DNA of 64,000 bases from Bugula neritina (taxonomy: Eukaryota > Animalia > Bryozoa), in contig OZ037769.1 of the NCBI GenBank assembly GCA_964035545.1, forward strand, positions 15,654,633-15,718,632, given 5' to 3'. The notes under the pieces were generated by a model. That model saw only the letters and a program-made list of their open reading frames with translations. It was not told the DNA's origin and searched no databases. The stretch's first letter is position 1, and the number at the start of each line of letters is the position of its first letter. Shown here piece by piece: positions 40,870-53,626 of the stretch. Position numbers and translations under genes: made by a program.

Positions 40870-42628
40870 TCAGATGATATTACTCTGCAGGTTGCTGTGG
40901 ATATTCTCCAGCTCCTCTAGGTTCCTGTTGGTCCGGTCAAACTGGTGCCGGGCCAGTCTACGGTGGAAGTGAAGCGTGAAGGCTATGAATATGATACCAG
41001 CTGGTATTATAATAACAGTTCCGGCAATAGCTGGGTATGCATTCCCACAGCTAACTTCATTACCGATACCTTCAGGACAGAACTTGACCCAGCAGAGTAT
41101 GGCTATCTCTATGAGAAAGAGGAGAATACCAATAGCTGTGGAGAACACCCACGCCATCTGTATGTATGAATTCATGGACACGTGCGGAGAGTCCTACCAA
41201 GAGATAAGATACCAGGCTATGTTACAAAGTGACATACTAGGAAACGTGACATACGAAAAGATGGTGTAATATATCTAGCATGCCACATTCAGTGAAGTGC
41301 CTGCAAGCTGTACAATTTTGCATCCCAATGACTAAAGACATCATGCTTCTAATAGAGATTCAATATATATTTAAAACTATAAAATTTAAATTTAAAAAAA
41401 TTATAGGTCCTGCATAAATATTTTCATAAAAATGTTATTTTGATATATTAACATTGCTTGACTGACAAGGCTTCATTTTGGTCAAAAAGTTTAGTTGAAT
41501 TCCATAGAAACTGAGCGCAGCTATCAGACTGAAGTCAAAGGTCAACTTGCCTGAATAGAGGACATGGTGTAGGTGGCTGACTCTATGTTAGGGAGAATAC
41601 ATGTGCTGATCATGAGAGCCAGTAGATGTACAGCTACTAGAAGAGTTGTGTTCACCGCGTATAACACCAGCAATGTCGAATTAATGTCGGCACTCAATGT
41701 GATTTCCACTATTCCAATCTGATAGATATAAAAACAACTTAGAGATCATTGCGAATAATAACAAAGACTTCTAAGACTCAAACTTATCAAATAGTGAAAA
41801 CGGTACGTGAAAGAGTTAAAAGTAAGTTATCTTCTACTATATTTTAAATGTGAAACTGACTGTTCCTTTAAGACTTGCTGAGGCTGACTCATCTTTTTAA
41901 CATTAATCAGTGTAACATATTCATATTTCTATGCCAATGCATATGCTTACATAATAGCTGTTATAATAAAGCCGTATTTCTTTACAGATCTCTTCATGAA
42001 ATTAAGAAATACCATAACATGAGTTGATCATTTAAAATTATAGAAATAAAGAAATCTGAAAGTGAGCTAAAAATTCCATTTATCACAAAATCAGTACCCT
42101 ATTACAAATCATATAATGCGGCAGCAAAATTCTATCACACTATCTAAACTACAACAAACCGACATATATATTCTTTCAGTAGTGGGTTCTAAAGAACAGA
42201 AATATCAGAAAGCTCGGGATGAAATTATCAACAAGCCCTTATGACATCATCAACATGCCCTTATGACATCATCAGCGTGCCCTTATGACATCATCAATTA
42301 AAACTAAAACTGAAACAAAGTTATATCTACTATGAGCTGTGTGTATTGTATTGAGTTTTATATCACCCGACTCAATCATCATATTTCCATTATTTCATTT
42401 AAAATTGAAAACCATAGCAAGGCCCATTCACATTCAATAGTTCCCCTGAGGTTTGCCTGTAAACTAAGCCATGAGGTGACTAGAGATACTTGCCATGGCA
42501 AACCCTGACAGCAATGCAGACGTCCTGCTGACAGCCTTCAGCTTGGCTTTACTCAAGTATAACTTCCTCCATGAAAGCTGATTGGCTCCACTCTTGGCTA
42601 AATGGAGAGCTGACTCGTTGTTTATCAT
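40870..42628 (-). CDS. Orai: Orai calcium release-activated calcium channel subunit (208 aa, 3 coding exons)
   Basis: Exons 42628-42494 (...[28 protein letters not shown]), 41718-41551 (IGIVEITL...[17 protein letters not shown]...), 41193-40870 (DSPH...[25 protein letters not shown]...). Both introns are phase 0 with GCAAGT donors; in-frame TAA upstream of the ATG. Confidence 0.96.
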
Positions 42629-42711
42629 TTCTGTCTCTACTCTTTAATACTACATACGCTTTGTTACTAGAAAGAAAAATAGACTACAAGTTTCAGTATT
42701 ATTAACAAGAC

Positions 42712-42772
42712 TAGCAGCCGAGATCTAGTGGTTACAGTACAGCCTAGTAAGCTAGGTCATGGGGTTGGGTCC
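42712..42772 (+). mobile_element. Truncated SINE head
   Basis: gcagccgagatctagtggtta...gcctagtaa...ggtcatgggg resembles the 38.1-kb SINE 5' end. Confidence 0.45.
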
Positions 42773-44553
42773 TTTTGTTGATTTTAATTTCTCTTTTCCC
42801 TCAAATACACAGTCAACAGCTGCTCAAAAGGCCTGCTCAAATCCCGAGATTCTCACATGAATGAAAACAAATTACTCAAACTGTTTTAAAGAGTGAGAAT
42901 ACAACTAATTTCATTTTTTACAGCTGTGATCTCTTGATTCCTCAGCATTTCAGTGTGTATGTGTTATCAAGCAAATTATGATAGTAATTACTAAGTCATG
43001 AATATGATAGTTATTAGCATGCAATGTTCAGTTGAATTTTATTTACTTTGGAGGTAATGACAGATTAAAAGTTGTGGTATCATTTTAAACACAAAATAAA
43101 TAACTCTCACTCTTTTTGATAGTCATGCAAAGTCATAGTGAAATTTTAGTCATATGAATGTAATGATATTGATACCAAAGACAGTTTATGAGTTATAATG
43201 CAACTATTTGAATAATCATAAATTAATTACAGAAACTATAGCTATCACTATATGACTTAAATAGTTACATATGACAATATTAGCATAATATTGAATATCA
43301 ATATGGTAGTGAATATCAATGAGTATTATAATTACAATTTTGTTTTGAGTTAGTGTTAGTTTAAGTTTAATGATGAACATAATTTACTAATTATAAGGCC
43401 TGCACTTTGACTTCATCAATAAATAAAAATATAACAAAATTGTACAATAATCATAATCATAATGAAAAATAGAAAAAACAAATTTCAATATTAATTTTAA
43501 ATTCAATGATGAGTAATATACTAAAGTTAATCTATTGAAAATATCTGTTATATTCATCTGTATATACTTTTAGTCTTACCTATAGAAATAACTGTTATAA
43601 AATTAAATATAATTATAAATTAATAAAATTATTACATGAATCAAACTGAAATTGAAACTATACTACTACTCAACTAGTACTAGTAGTAGTAGTGCTAGAG
43701 TAATTTAAATTATTATTAACTAATTATTATTAATTATTATAACTATTACTATTAGTATTAGTGTTACTGTGTTAATAATTTACTAATATTAATAGTAATA
43801 GTAATTATTAAATTTATTTTTAAATCAATTCTAAAACTAAAACTAAACGTTAAAGTGAAATTGAATATACTTGTACTTTCACATTATGTTTGTTTGTTTG
43901 AATTAATAGAGTATATCAATTTATCTTTATTTCACGCTTTACTATTATCAATTAGTTGAAACTATTATAAAGTCAGCTTACAGAGTTCGTTGTAAGGAAG
44001 ATTTGCAGCTATGAAATCAGCTACCTGCTACTGTTGGTATCACCATTAGTATTGTTGCTATAATTATAATAATATAAGACCGGAAACTTTAAAACAAGTG
44101 ATCAAGTGTTGTCGTTTTATTTTAGCGATTTAATTTGATCCAAAAGTGCCAGATATGTCCATGTATGTATTAACGCCAGAAAGTGGCGTAGACACACAGT
44201 GTCTTAGTGCGTATAAAAAAGTAAAAGTTTCGGCTGACAATGCAAGGCCTAAAGGAATTCTATCAGGAAATTGTTGGAATCCCGCTATAACATTCAACCT
44301 TGACATCAACAGAATGAGAAGGCGTCTCGAAGAAGCCGCATTAATTTTAAAGGGCTTACATTCAAATAGCTCTACAGAGATTTTAACTTCGATTGTTGAC
44401 CTGACTATTAAATTAATATAGTTATACTAACTTTAAGCTACTACTATACCATAATGATTATTTTGCCACTCGCCCTCCTCGGTTCAATGTAAGCAATAGC
44501 AGTTGTGAGCAAAGCCTAACTTTAAGTTTGAGTCTACTTCTAGTCGTTTACTA

Positions 44554-44841
44554 GTGCTACTACTACTGCTCAGTACTAGTAATAGCACTAGTAAACGACT
44601 AGAAGTAGAAGTAGTAGTACTAGTGGTAGTGGTAGTAGTACTAGTAGTACTGGTAGTAGTAGTAGTAGTAGCAGTAGCGGCAGCAGGAGTAGTAGCAGTA
44701 ATAGTGGTAGTAGCGGTAGCAGTAGTAGTAGCAGTAGTAGCGGTAGCAGTGGTAGTGGTAGTAGTAGTAGTAGTAGCGGTAGCAGTAGTACTAGCGGTAG
44801 TAGCAGTAGTAGTGGTAGTAGTGGTGGTGGTAGTGGTAGCG

Positions 44842-44894
<53 letters not shown>

Positions 44895-44925
44895 GGTCGT
44901 GGTAGTAGTGGTGGTAGTAGTACTA
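44554..44925. repeat. (GTA/GTG/GCA)n trinucleotide tract inside the left inverted repeat
   Basis: Direct observation. Confidence 0.95.
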
Positions 44926-45164
44926 CACTTACATTTATAATACTAGTACATCTAGTAGTAGTACTAATACTAATAGTACTAGTAGTAATACTACTAGTGG
45001 AGTGTCAGTAACTTTATACACATATTTTTTGATAATTATTTAATTTATTTAATATTTTTGAGGGTTAATTAATAATTTATTTTATGTATGAAACGACTTG
45101 TGTACCATGTGGCGTGTGCGACAGGAACCCCTACTATTACTAGTCTACTGCTGCTGCTGCCACT

Positions 45165-45885
45165 AGTGGTTGTTGTTGTTGTGGTTGCTGTTGTTTTTGT
45201 TGTAGTTGCTGTTGGTGTGGTTGCTGTTGTTTTTGTTGTAGTTGCTGTTGGTGTGGTTGCTGTTGGTGTGGTTGTTGTTGTTGTGGTTGCTGTTGTGGTT
45301 GTTGTTGTTGTGGTTGCTATTGTTATGGTTTTTGTTGCTGTAGTAGTTGTGGTTGTTATTGTTGTAGTTGTTGGTGTAGCTGTTGTGGTTGCTGTTGTTG
45401 TAGCGGTTTTTGTTGTGGTTGTTGTAGTAGTTGCGGTTGTTATTGTTTTGGTGGTGGTTGTTGGTGTAGTTGTTGTTGTGGTTGCTGTTGTTGTGGTTGC
45501 TGTTGTGGTGGTTGTTGTTGTGGTTGCTGTTGTTGTGATGGTTGTTATTGTGGTTGCTGTTGTTGTAGTGGTTGCTGTTGTTGTTGTGGTTGCTGTTGTT
45601 GTGGTGATTGTTGTGATGGTTGCTGTTGCTGTTGTTGTGGTGGTTGCTGTTGTGGTGGTTGCTGTTGTTGTGGTTGTTGTTGTAGTGGTTGCTGTTCTTG
45701 TGGTGGTTGTTGTGGTGGTTGCTGTTGTTGTGATGGTTGTTGTGGTGGGTGCTGTTGTTGTGGTTGCTGTTGTTGTGGTGGTTGTTATTGTGGTGGCTGT
45801 TGTTGTGGTGGTTGCTGTTGTTGTTGTGGTGGTTGCTGTTATAGTGGTGATTGTTGTGATGGTTGCTGTTGTTGTGGTGGTTGCT
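45165..45885. repeat. (GTT/GTG/GCT)n trinucleotide tract; shorter mirrored counterpart at 52488-52760
   Basis: Direct observation; gives poly-Val and poly-Thr ORFs. Confidence 0.95.
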
Positions 45886-47965
45886 GATGTGACACTATGT
45901 GACCAACTTGAATACTTCGAATACAAATGCTTGACAAGATATGCATAGCACAGTACTCTTATCTTTATCTTTATAGTAGCACTGTTGGATTATAAAAACG
46001 ATTGTCATAAAAAGGAGAGACAACTTCAAATAACACGTTTGATGTGCAAAAGTGCTAACCATAAAATAAATTATGATTACGTACTGAACCATCCACATAA
46101 TGTGTTAATATGCAAAGTATATTGCAATGGCTTTTATGCATAAAATGTCTACTTACACCTGTCACCAACGTGTTGAAGAGAATTAGACTAAACGCACTCT
46201 TGAAGACCGCCACTTTATATGGCGTAATATGCAAAGTATATAGTAAATATTAATTGTCATTGCAATGCCTTTTATGCATAAAATGTCTACTTACTCCTGT
46301 CACCAACGTGCTGAAGAGAATTAGACTAAACGCAATCTTGAAGACCGCCACTTTATATGGCGTAATATGCAAAGTATATAGTAAATATTTGTCATTGCAA
46401 TGGCTTTTATGCATTTAAAATGTCCGTACTTACTCCTGTCACCAATGTGTTGAAGAGAATTAGACTAAACGTACTCTTGAAGACCGCCACTTTATATGGC
46501 GTAATATGCAAAGTATATAGTAAATATTAATTGTCATTGCAATGCCTTTTATGCATAAAATGTCTACTTACTCCTGTCACCAACGTGTTGAAGAGAATTA
46601 GACTAAACGCACTCTTGAAGACCGCCACTTTATGGCGTAAATCGTAATATGCAAAGTATATAGTAAACATATGTGATAGCAATGCCTTTTATAATGCATA
46701 AAATGTCAACTTCTGTCAGCAATGTCTTGAAGAGAAATACTAAACTATCAATGTTAGAATGTAGGCCGGTATTGTCTACAAATTATTATAGCAATATTTT
46801 TTTTTATTCTTGCATTTATTTGAATTGTATTTTCAACATTGAAACAATGATGACTACTATTTTTGATTGAGTTCCTGCAACTTCAGCATCATAGTAATTT
46901 TGGGGTCATGTGTGAACTAGACTTAGTATTTTGGTTATCATTAACGCTTAATATTACTGTGACCCATTATAATTGTTCTTTATTCTAATAATCTTTAGCA
47001 GTTAAAGGGATTTGTATGAAACATGTATTTCTTTTTTTCTTTTATTTTGCCTTGTGAATAGTGGTATTTATTTAATGCTATATTGCTTTTTGAACTAGCA
47101 AAATAAACTTAGTATTTCATTAATCTTGTAAAATGCAATTATTTAATTTTACTGTGCAATCATTTGAATCGTCTGCTCCATTCTAAATGCTTTATTGTAA
47201 GTCTATGTGTTTGCAGTAGTAAATACAAAAGTGGAATACTAACAACTACAGAAAACTTCAGATGTGACACTATGTGACCAACTTGAATACTTCGAATACA
47301 AATGCTTGACAAGATATGCATAGCACAGTACTCTTATCTTTATCTTTATAGTAGCACTGTTGGATTATAAAAACGATTGTCATAAAAAGGAAGACAACTT
47401 CAAATAACAAGTTGATGTGCAAAAGTGCTAACCATAAAATAAATTATGATTACGTACTGAACCAACCACATAATGTGTTAATATGCAAAGTATAGTAAAT
47501 ATTTATCATTGCAATGCCTTTTATGCATAAAATGTCTACTTACTCCTGTCACCGATGTTTTGAAGAGAATTAGACTAAACGCACTCTTGAAGACTGCCAC
47601 TTTATGGCGTAATATGCAAAGTATATAGTAAACATATGTGATAGCAATGCCTTTTATAATGCATAAAATGTCAACTTCGATCAGCAATGTCTTGAAGGGA
47701 AATACTAAACTATCAATCTTAGAATGTAGGCCGGTATTGTCTACAAATTATCATAGCAATATTTTTATTCTTGCATTTATTTGAATTGTATTTTCAACAT
47801 TGAAACAATGATGACTACTATTTTTGATTGAGTTCCTGCAACTCCAGCATCATAGTAATTTTGGGGTCATGTGTGAACTAGACTTAGTATTTTGGTTATA
47901 ATTAACGCTTAATATTACTGTGACTCATTATACTTGTTCTTTATTCTAATAATCTTTAGCAGTTG
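45886..47965. repeat. Direct duplication (45886-47004 vs 47260-47965) containing a ~138-bp tandem unit (about 4.5 copies vs about 1.5)
   Basis: Both copies start gatgtgacactatgtgaccaacttgaatac and end aataatctttagcagtt; units start near 46107, 46225, 46363, 46502, 46645. Confidence 0.92.
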
Positions 47966-50394
47966 AAATGAATTTTTGGTGTACCTACTATAAATACACA
48001 TCACTGTTTGTTAGCTTAGTTACATTATTTAACATATGTAAAAATTAGTTATGGGCTGATGACAAAATAAAGAATTAAGGCAAATATTTAAAACTACCAT
48101 GCAACTTAGCATGCAAACCAGAAAACTCTACTATTATGCAATCAATGTTATACTAAATGTTTTACAATTATATCGCATTAGTTAAATACGCAATTTTTTA
48201 TTCAATGTCATAAAAAGTTTATTATGATAAAATAACTTTTGCTATACATGCAGTACAATTATAAAAAATAAACGAGGCTCCACCCAAAAGATGGGGTCTG
48301 GGGTTTGGACATATACATACATACATACATATTCAAGTTACTACTAGCTGTAGTTCTTAATTCAGTCTCATACACAATGTGGGGTAATAACATAAAAAAA
48401 TTTTGTTTGCCTATAGGATATAACTTTAGTGTCACTGTCACTCCTAATTTTCTTTCTAATGCACCGAAGTAAATCGTATAATGTAGATTTGCAAGTTGCA
48501 TTTTGTTACTAATTGGGGAGACAACTTCATCATCTTTCTCTTCAATATCTTCCAATGTTATCTTATAGTCTATCACTTTCTCAAACACACATACTCCATC
48601 ATCTAACCCATTTCTACCAACAGCACTCTTCACTTTTTTAATGAAGACATTCATCTCTTTAACTTCATTTGGATTTCTAAAAATGTGTTTTATAGATTGT
48701 CACATTGTCACAATATTATAATATATCTTGGCAATACATGTGTGTAGTTCATAGTTATAAACTGCATCACAAAGATTTGCTATAATTACTGATAGAGGTA
48801 AAATAATTTAACAAGTATATTTTTAAATTGTATTCCTTGTCGCGTGTTTTCTACAGTGCTGTGCAAGGCATTGCACCATCCATTAGGGATAGCATTACAG
48901 ACTAACAAGTAAGTTTAAAAATATATTTTAAACATTAATTTGTAAAAGAAGAAAAAGCTAGAGTCTTGGATGAAGTTCTACATACTTCAGGTTATATAAT
49001 TTAATACTATAGATGTAAATTTAATAACTAATCATTGATAGAAGACAACATGTTAAGCTATAAATATTAGTTTATAAAGTTCAAGCCTTAAAAGAAATTA
49101 TAAATAAACTTACTCAGTAAGGGTGTAGGCTGGGGAAGCAATCTCATTCAAATCAGTAGTCAGTCAGAGATGTGTTATCAGATAGTGAATGTTTTCTATA
49201 ATACAATGCATGAATCAACAGCCAATATTATATAATCTGAGAAAAGAGGAAAATAATCAGCTAGCTTCACCAAGAGACAGATACAAAGTGCACTTTTTTA
49301 TTGTTGAATTAATCGCATATATGAGTATATAATCATATAAAGAATTTCAAATTTCCGATAGAAAATTTCCTGGCTATTTGGAAAGAAAAAATAGTTAACC
49401 CTCCCTGTCAGTATTGATACTACCATATTTACAGACTGACATGTTTGTACACATAATAAATTTTATTATAATGAAGTAATTTATCATTAAACCTATGCTG
49501 CATCAGAATACATATAGCACTTTTGTACTTACCTGCAGTATTAAAAGGCCCACTAAAATGGGCAAAGGGCCTCCATTCTATACCAGCGGTTTCCAACATT
49601 TTCAGATCAAGGGTCACTACAATGGTATATTTTGCTGGTGAGGGCCACATTGTAAACTTTAGCTTGAGGTCACAGCATCAGCATTTTTTAAATGATTTTA
49701 TTCCAAATTTTTATTAATCATCACACAATGAAATCCCAATAATTACCGCAGGCTGCGCGTTTTTATAATGCATATGAATAAGATATTGAAAAAGTGTTTT
49801 TCCACTTTTATTCATGAGCATATTTGTGTAAAATAATTTTAATTTTTTTGCCTTTGAGGGCCACAAAAATGTAGGCCCTGCTTTAAGCTGTCAAAGTAAT
49901 GTCACTTACTTTTTCTTGCCTTTGCTGTTAAACTTTCTTCACTGTCATCGCTACGTCCTATAAAATTGTTAACCACAATACACAATATTACAGTACACAT
50001 CCAACTTAAATGAAGTGAACACTAAATTAAATCAATAGAAATACGAGCGTTACCTAATTCCTTAGAAGTAGCAAAAACCTTTGATAACATGTATTTATCA
50101 AATTAGAATAAAAAGTAAATAGTAAATAAAAAAACCAATACCTTCAATGGTCTGCTCTACACTTTCTTTAATATAAGCTTGCTCTGACATCTTAGTGAAT
50201 TTGAAATATCTGCAGCTATAAAATAAATTTTGGAAACAGAATATTTAAAATTGTGATTTTGTAACCGCTCTTGTGAGACAAAAATACCCTATGGTGTGCG
50301 AAATAGATAACAGCTTTGGCGTAGGGTTAGCTTTTAGATTTTTGTTTTGAATTCAAGATAAAGAAGTGGATTTAGAAATTTAAGAACAATCAAA

Positions 50395-50650
50395 GCATAG
50401 AGCAAGAAGTGAAAGTTACGAATGTGTTAAAAATGAGAAAAAGATTGTAGTGGTTTGGACATATATTATGCAGAAGAGAGAAAGAGGATGATACCAAAAA
50501 AGTGCATGAGATGAAAGTTAAAGGAAAGAAAAACCCGGAACGCCCAAAACACAGATGGCATGATACTATCATAAAAGATATCCAATCCTGTTCCCTCAAT
50601 GAAGAAGACACTCGAGACAGCCACCCGTTACCCGAACAGAACAAATCGGA
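50395..50650 (+). mobile_element. RTE-clade LINE 3' fragment
   Basis: Translates KRL*WFGHILCRR...EMKVKGKKNPERPKHRWHDTIIKDI, matching the RTE C-terminal pattern RL.WFGH..R...G.R..GRP..RW.D.I..D; contains a stop. Confidence 0.8.
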
Positions 50651-51744
50651 GACAGGTGAGAATAGGTGAGAGTTATGACTTGAAAATATATTCAATGTTT
50701 AAAAAAAGCTTTTAAATAACCCCTACAATTAAAATTTGCTTTCCTTATTACACTACTGTCTTTTGATGTCCACATAAAATTTCACCACCAGTAAAAAAAC
50801 AAAACCGGTATTTATGGTTTTAAAATTATGGTAGCTAAGCTCATACAGGTAACAATAATTTGATGAAGGTCATCAAAAGTTATCGAATTAGTCACAGTAA
50901 ATATATAAATATAGGTGCTATCCAAGTAATAGTATATGTTGTCTATTATGTTATATGTTGCAGAAAAGTTTAGTCAAAGTTTCACAAGTAAACTTTCTAT
51001 AAATTAAATCTTACTTCTCTATTTCACTGCCAGCTCATGAAGGTGTATCTTTGCCAGTGCTGAAACTTGTTTCAATTTCTTGGAGACTTCTAGTAGAGTG
51101 ACGACTTGTCTTAACTGTTTGGTGTGGTTGTGAGTTACTGTGTTTGTTACATCATGGTATGTGATTGCAGTGTATCTACAATGTTGTCTAGTGACATATA
51201 CGGCAATGCAAATTAAATCATGAAATTTGAAAATTATGAAATATTTCCATAAATTGGATGAACGTATGGTTCCGGTGTAATCAATTTTAAAGCAAATAAA
51301 AATGATCGCACAAATAATGTAAAATGTTATCAACTGCCAGAATAAACAAATGACCCTGCATTGTAATGTGCAGTTGGATAGAAGGCTTTGAATTCCATTA
51401 CAAAACTTTGGACCCTGCAGCATCAATTGATTGCCTAACAGACAAAAAAATCCTGTAGTATCTATAGCAACTTTTCAAGTTAAGGCTAAACTTAGCTTAA
51501 TACATGAAATGATCAATAAATGAAGTAACATACATATACATAATCATATTTTAAAATAATACTACAAAAATACAAAAATCACAGCATTAGGAGTGCTAGT
51601 ACTATAATTAGTTGCAGCTGCTAAACAACCAAATTATTGTAGAAGTATGTGTGGGTCAACGATGTTGCAGTACACCCAGTAATAAAGACATCAAAAATAG
51701 TTATCACTAGTAGTAAAAACTACTATTATAACATTTTTAATAAT

Positions 51745-52159
51745 GGGTCCTTATTTGGCAAACACTGGAAATCTCCGGATTTTAGCTGTATTTTACAATT
51801 TAGCTGCTAATTAACATGGCTTTTTGCCCAAAACTAGTAAAATATCAATAAATACATTTAAATAATCAAGGTTCTTCCTAATTATGCTTGATTTCCCATG
51901 TTTTTCCTATTTATTTAGTTAACTTGGATTGCGGACCGTTACGAAAAAGCCATAACTGTCAGCGATCGAAAGTAGCTGAATAATTAGGAAGAAAACATGG
52001 GAAATCAAGCAAAATTAAAAAGAACCTTGATTATTTAGGTATATTCAATCATATTTTACTAGTTTTGGGCAAAAACCTATGTTCATTACCAGCTAAACTG
52101 TAAAAAAATAGCAGAAAACTGGAAATTTTTAGTGTGCACTAAATTAAGTAAAATGACCC
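51745..52159. mobile_element. MITE with ~180-bp TIRs and candidate 4-bp TSD TAAT
   Basis: GGGTC...GACCC termini flanked by taat/taat; arms pair (tttttgcccaaaactagtaaaatat / atattttactagttttgggcaaaaa; tgcttgatttcccatg / catgggaaatcaagca). Confidence 0.8.
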
Positions 52160-53626
52160 TAATTTTACTATGACAGTATTTTTATCTTCGAAGACTACAA
52201 CGATGACAAACAGTATATAGTCTCGAAATAAAACAGCTAAACCATACTACAAGTTACATATCATACGAGTTCTTACTCATACAACATACTTCAAATTACT
52301 CACCAGAAAAAGTAACTTAGCCAACTTTATGCCGAACAGAACAGATGTGAGGAATATATTTAAGCTTCTTAGTTCTTTGATCAACCTCCAGCATGCAACT
52401 AGACATGATATTAGCTCTTCAACATCCTTGCTCAAAATTCATTTTCTTCTACAAAAGACGATGTCTAATTCTTAAATATAATGTTTATACTACTACAACA
52501 ACAACTACTACTACTACTACTCCCACTATCACTACTACAACTGCTACTACAACAACTGCGACTACTAAATCTGCTACTATTACAATTGCAACCATTAAAA
52601 CTGCTACTACTACAATGCTACTGCTGTTGCTACTGCAGCTGCTACCACTGCTGCTGCTGCTACTACTACTACAACTACTTCTAGTAATAGTAGTAATAGT
52701 AGTAATACTAATAGTGGTAATAACAGTAGCAGTAGTAGTAGCAGCAGCAGCAGTAGTAGACTAGTACTAGTAAGGGTTTTTGTCCAACAAGTCATACGGT
52801 ACACAAGTCAATTAACCCCCAAAAAATATTAAATATAATTAAATATTAATAATTATCAAACAACATGAATATGCATTTTTATTTTAGTTATTTGATATTG
52901 ATGTGTATGAAGTGACAGGCACCCCACTAGTAGTACTACTAATACTAACATTATAAAATTAAATGTAATTACTAATTATAGTACTGGTAATACTCTAATA
53001 GTTATAGTATAAGTATACTCATACTATAAGTGTATAGTACTACTACTAGTACTGTAGTAGTATTACTACTAGTACTACTGCTTGTACTGTTGTAATGGTA
53101 GTGGTACTACTAGTACTAGTAGTCGTAGTAGTACTACTACTACTAGTAGTAGTAGTACTAGTAGTAGTACTAGTACCAGTAGTAAACGACTAGAAGTGGA
53201 AGCAGACTTAAACTTAAAGTTAGGCTTTGCTCACAATTGCAGTTGCTTACAATTAAGCAAAATAATAATTCTGATATAGTAGTACTAGTAGCAACTTAAA
53301 TTTAGTATATTAATTTAATAGTCAGGGCAACTATCAAAGTTAAAATTTTCGTAGAATGCAGCAGTCTGGAATGCAACTTCATGGAGACGAGTGCTGGGTT
53401 CACTGTTGATATCAAGGTTGAATGTTATAGCGGAGCTCCAACAACTTCCTAGTAAAATTCCTCTAGACTTTCCTTTGTCAGTCGAAACTTTTGCCTTTTT
53501 AATTTAAGACACTGTGTGTCTACGCCATTTTCCGGGGTGAATACATACCTCAGATATGTGATTGCTGGCGAGGCCTGTCGAAGTTATAACTCTTAAAAGT
53601 CTATAGAACCTAGGCTAAACGCAATC

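Larger units (their letters stand above)
44159..53550. mobile_element. ~9.4-kb element with long diverged terminal inverted repeats and 9-bp TSD (Mutator/foldback-like)
   Basis: 44163-44555 aligns in reverse complement with 53180-53548; similarity continues through trinucleotide tracts and 45025-45160 vs 52740-52860; CAGATATGT directly repeated at 44150-44158 and 53551-53559. Confidence 0.7.

Noticed and set aside
45069-45948. Mucin-like poly-Thr and poly-Val ORFs
   Set aside because: A stop-free trinucleotide tract open on both strands, lying in a TIR arm, with no signal peptide or ATG support on the Thr strand.
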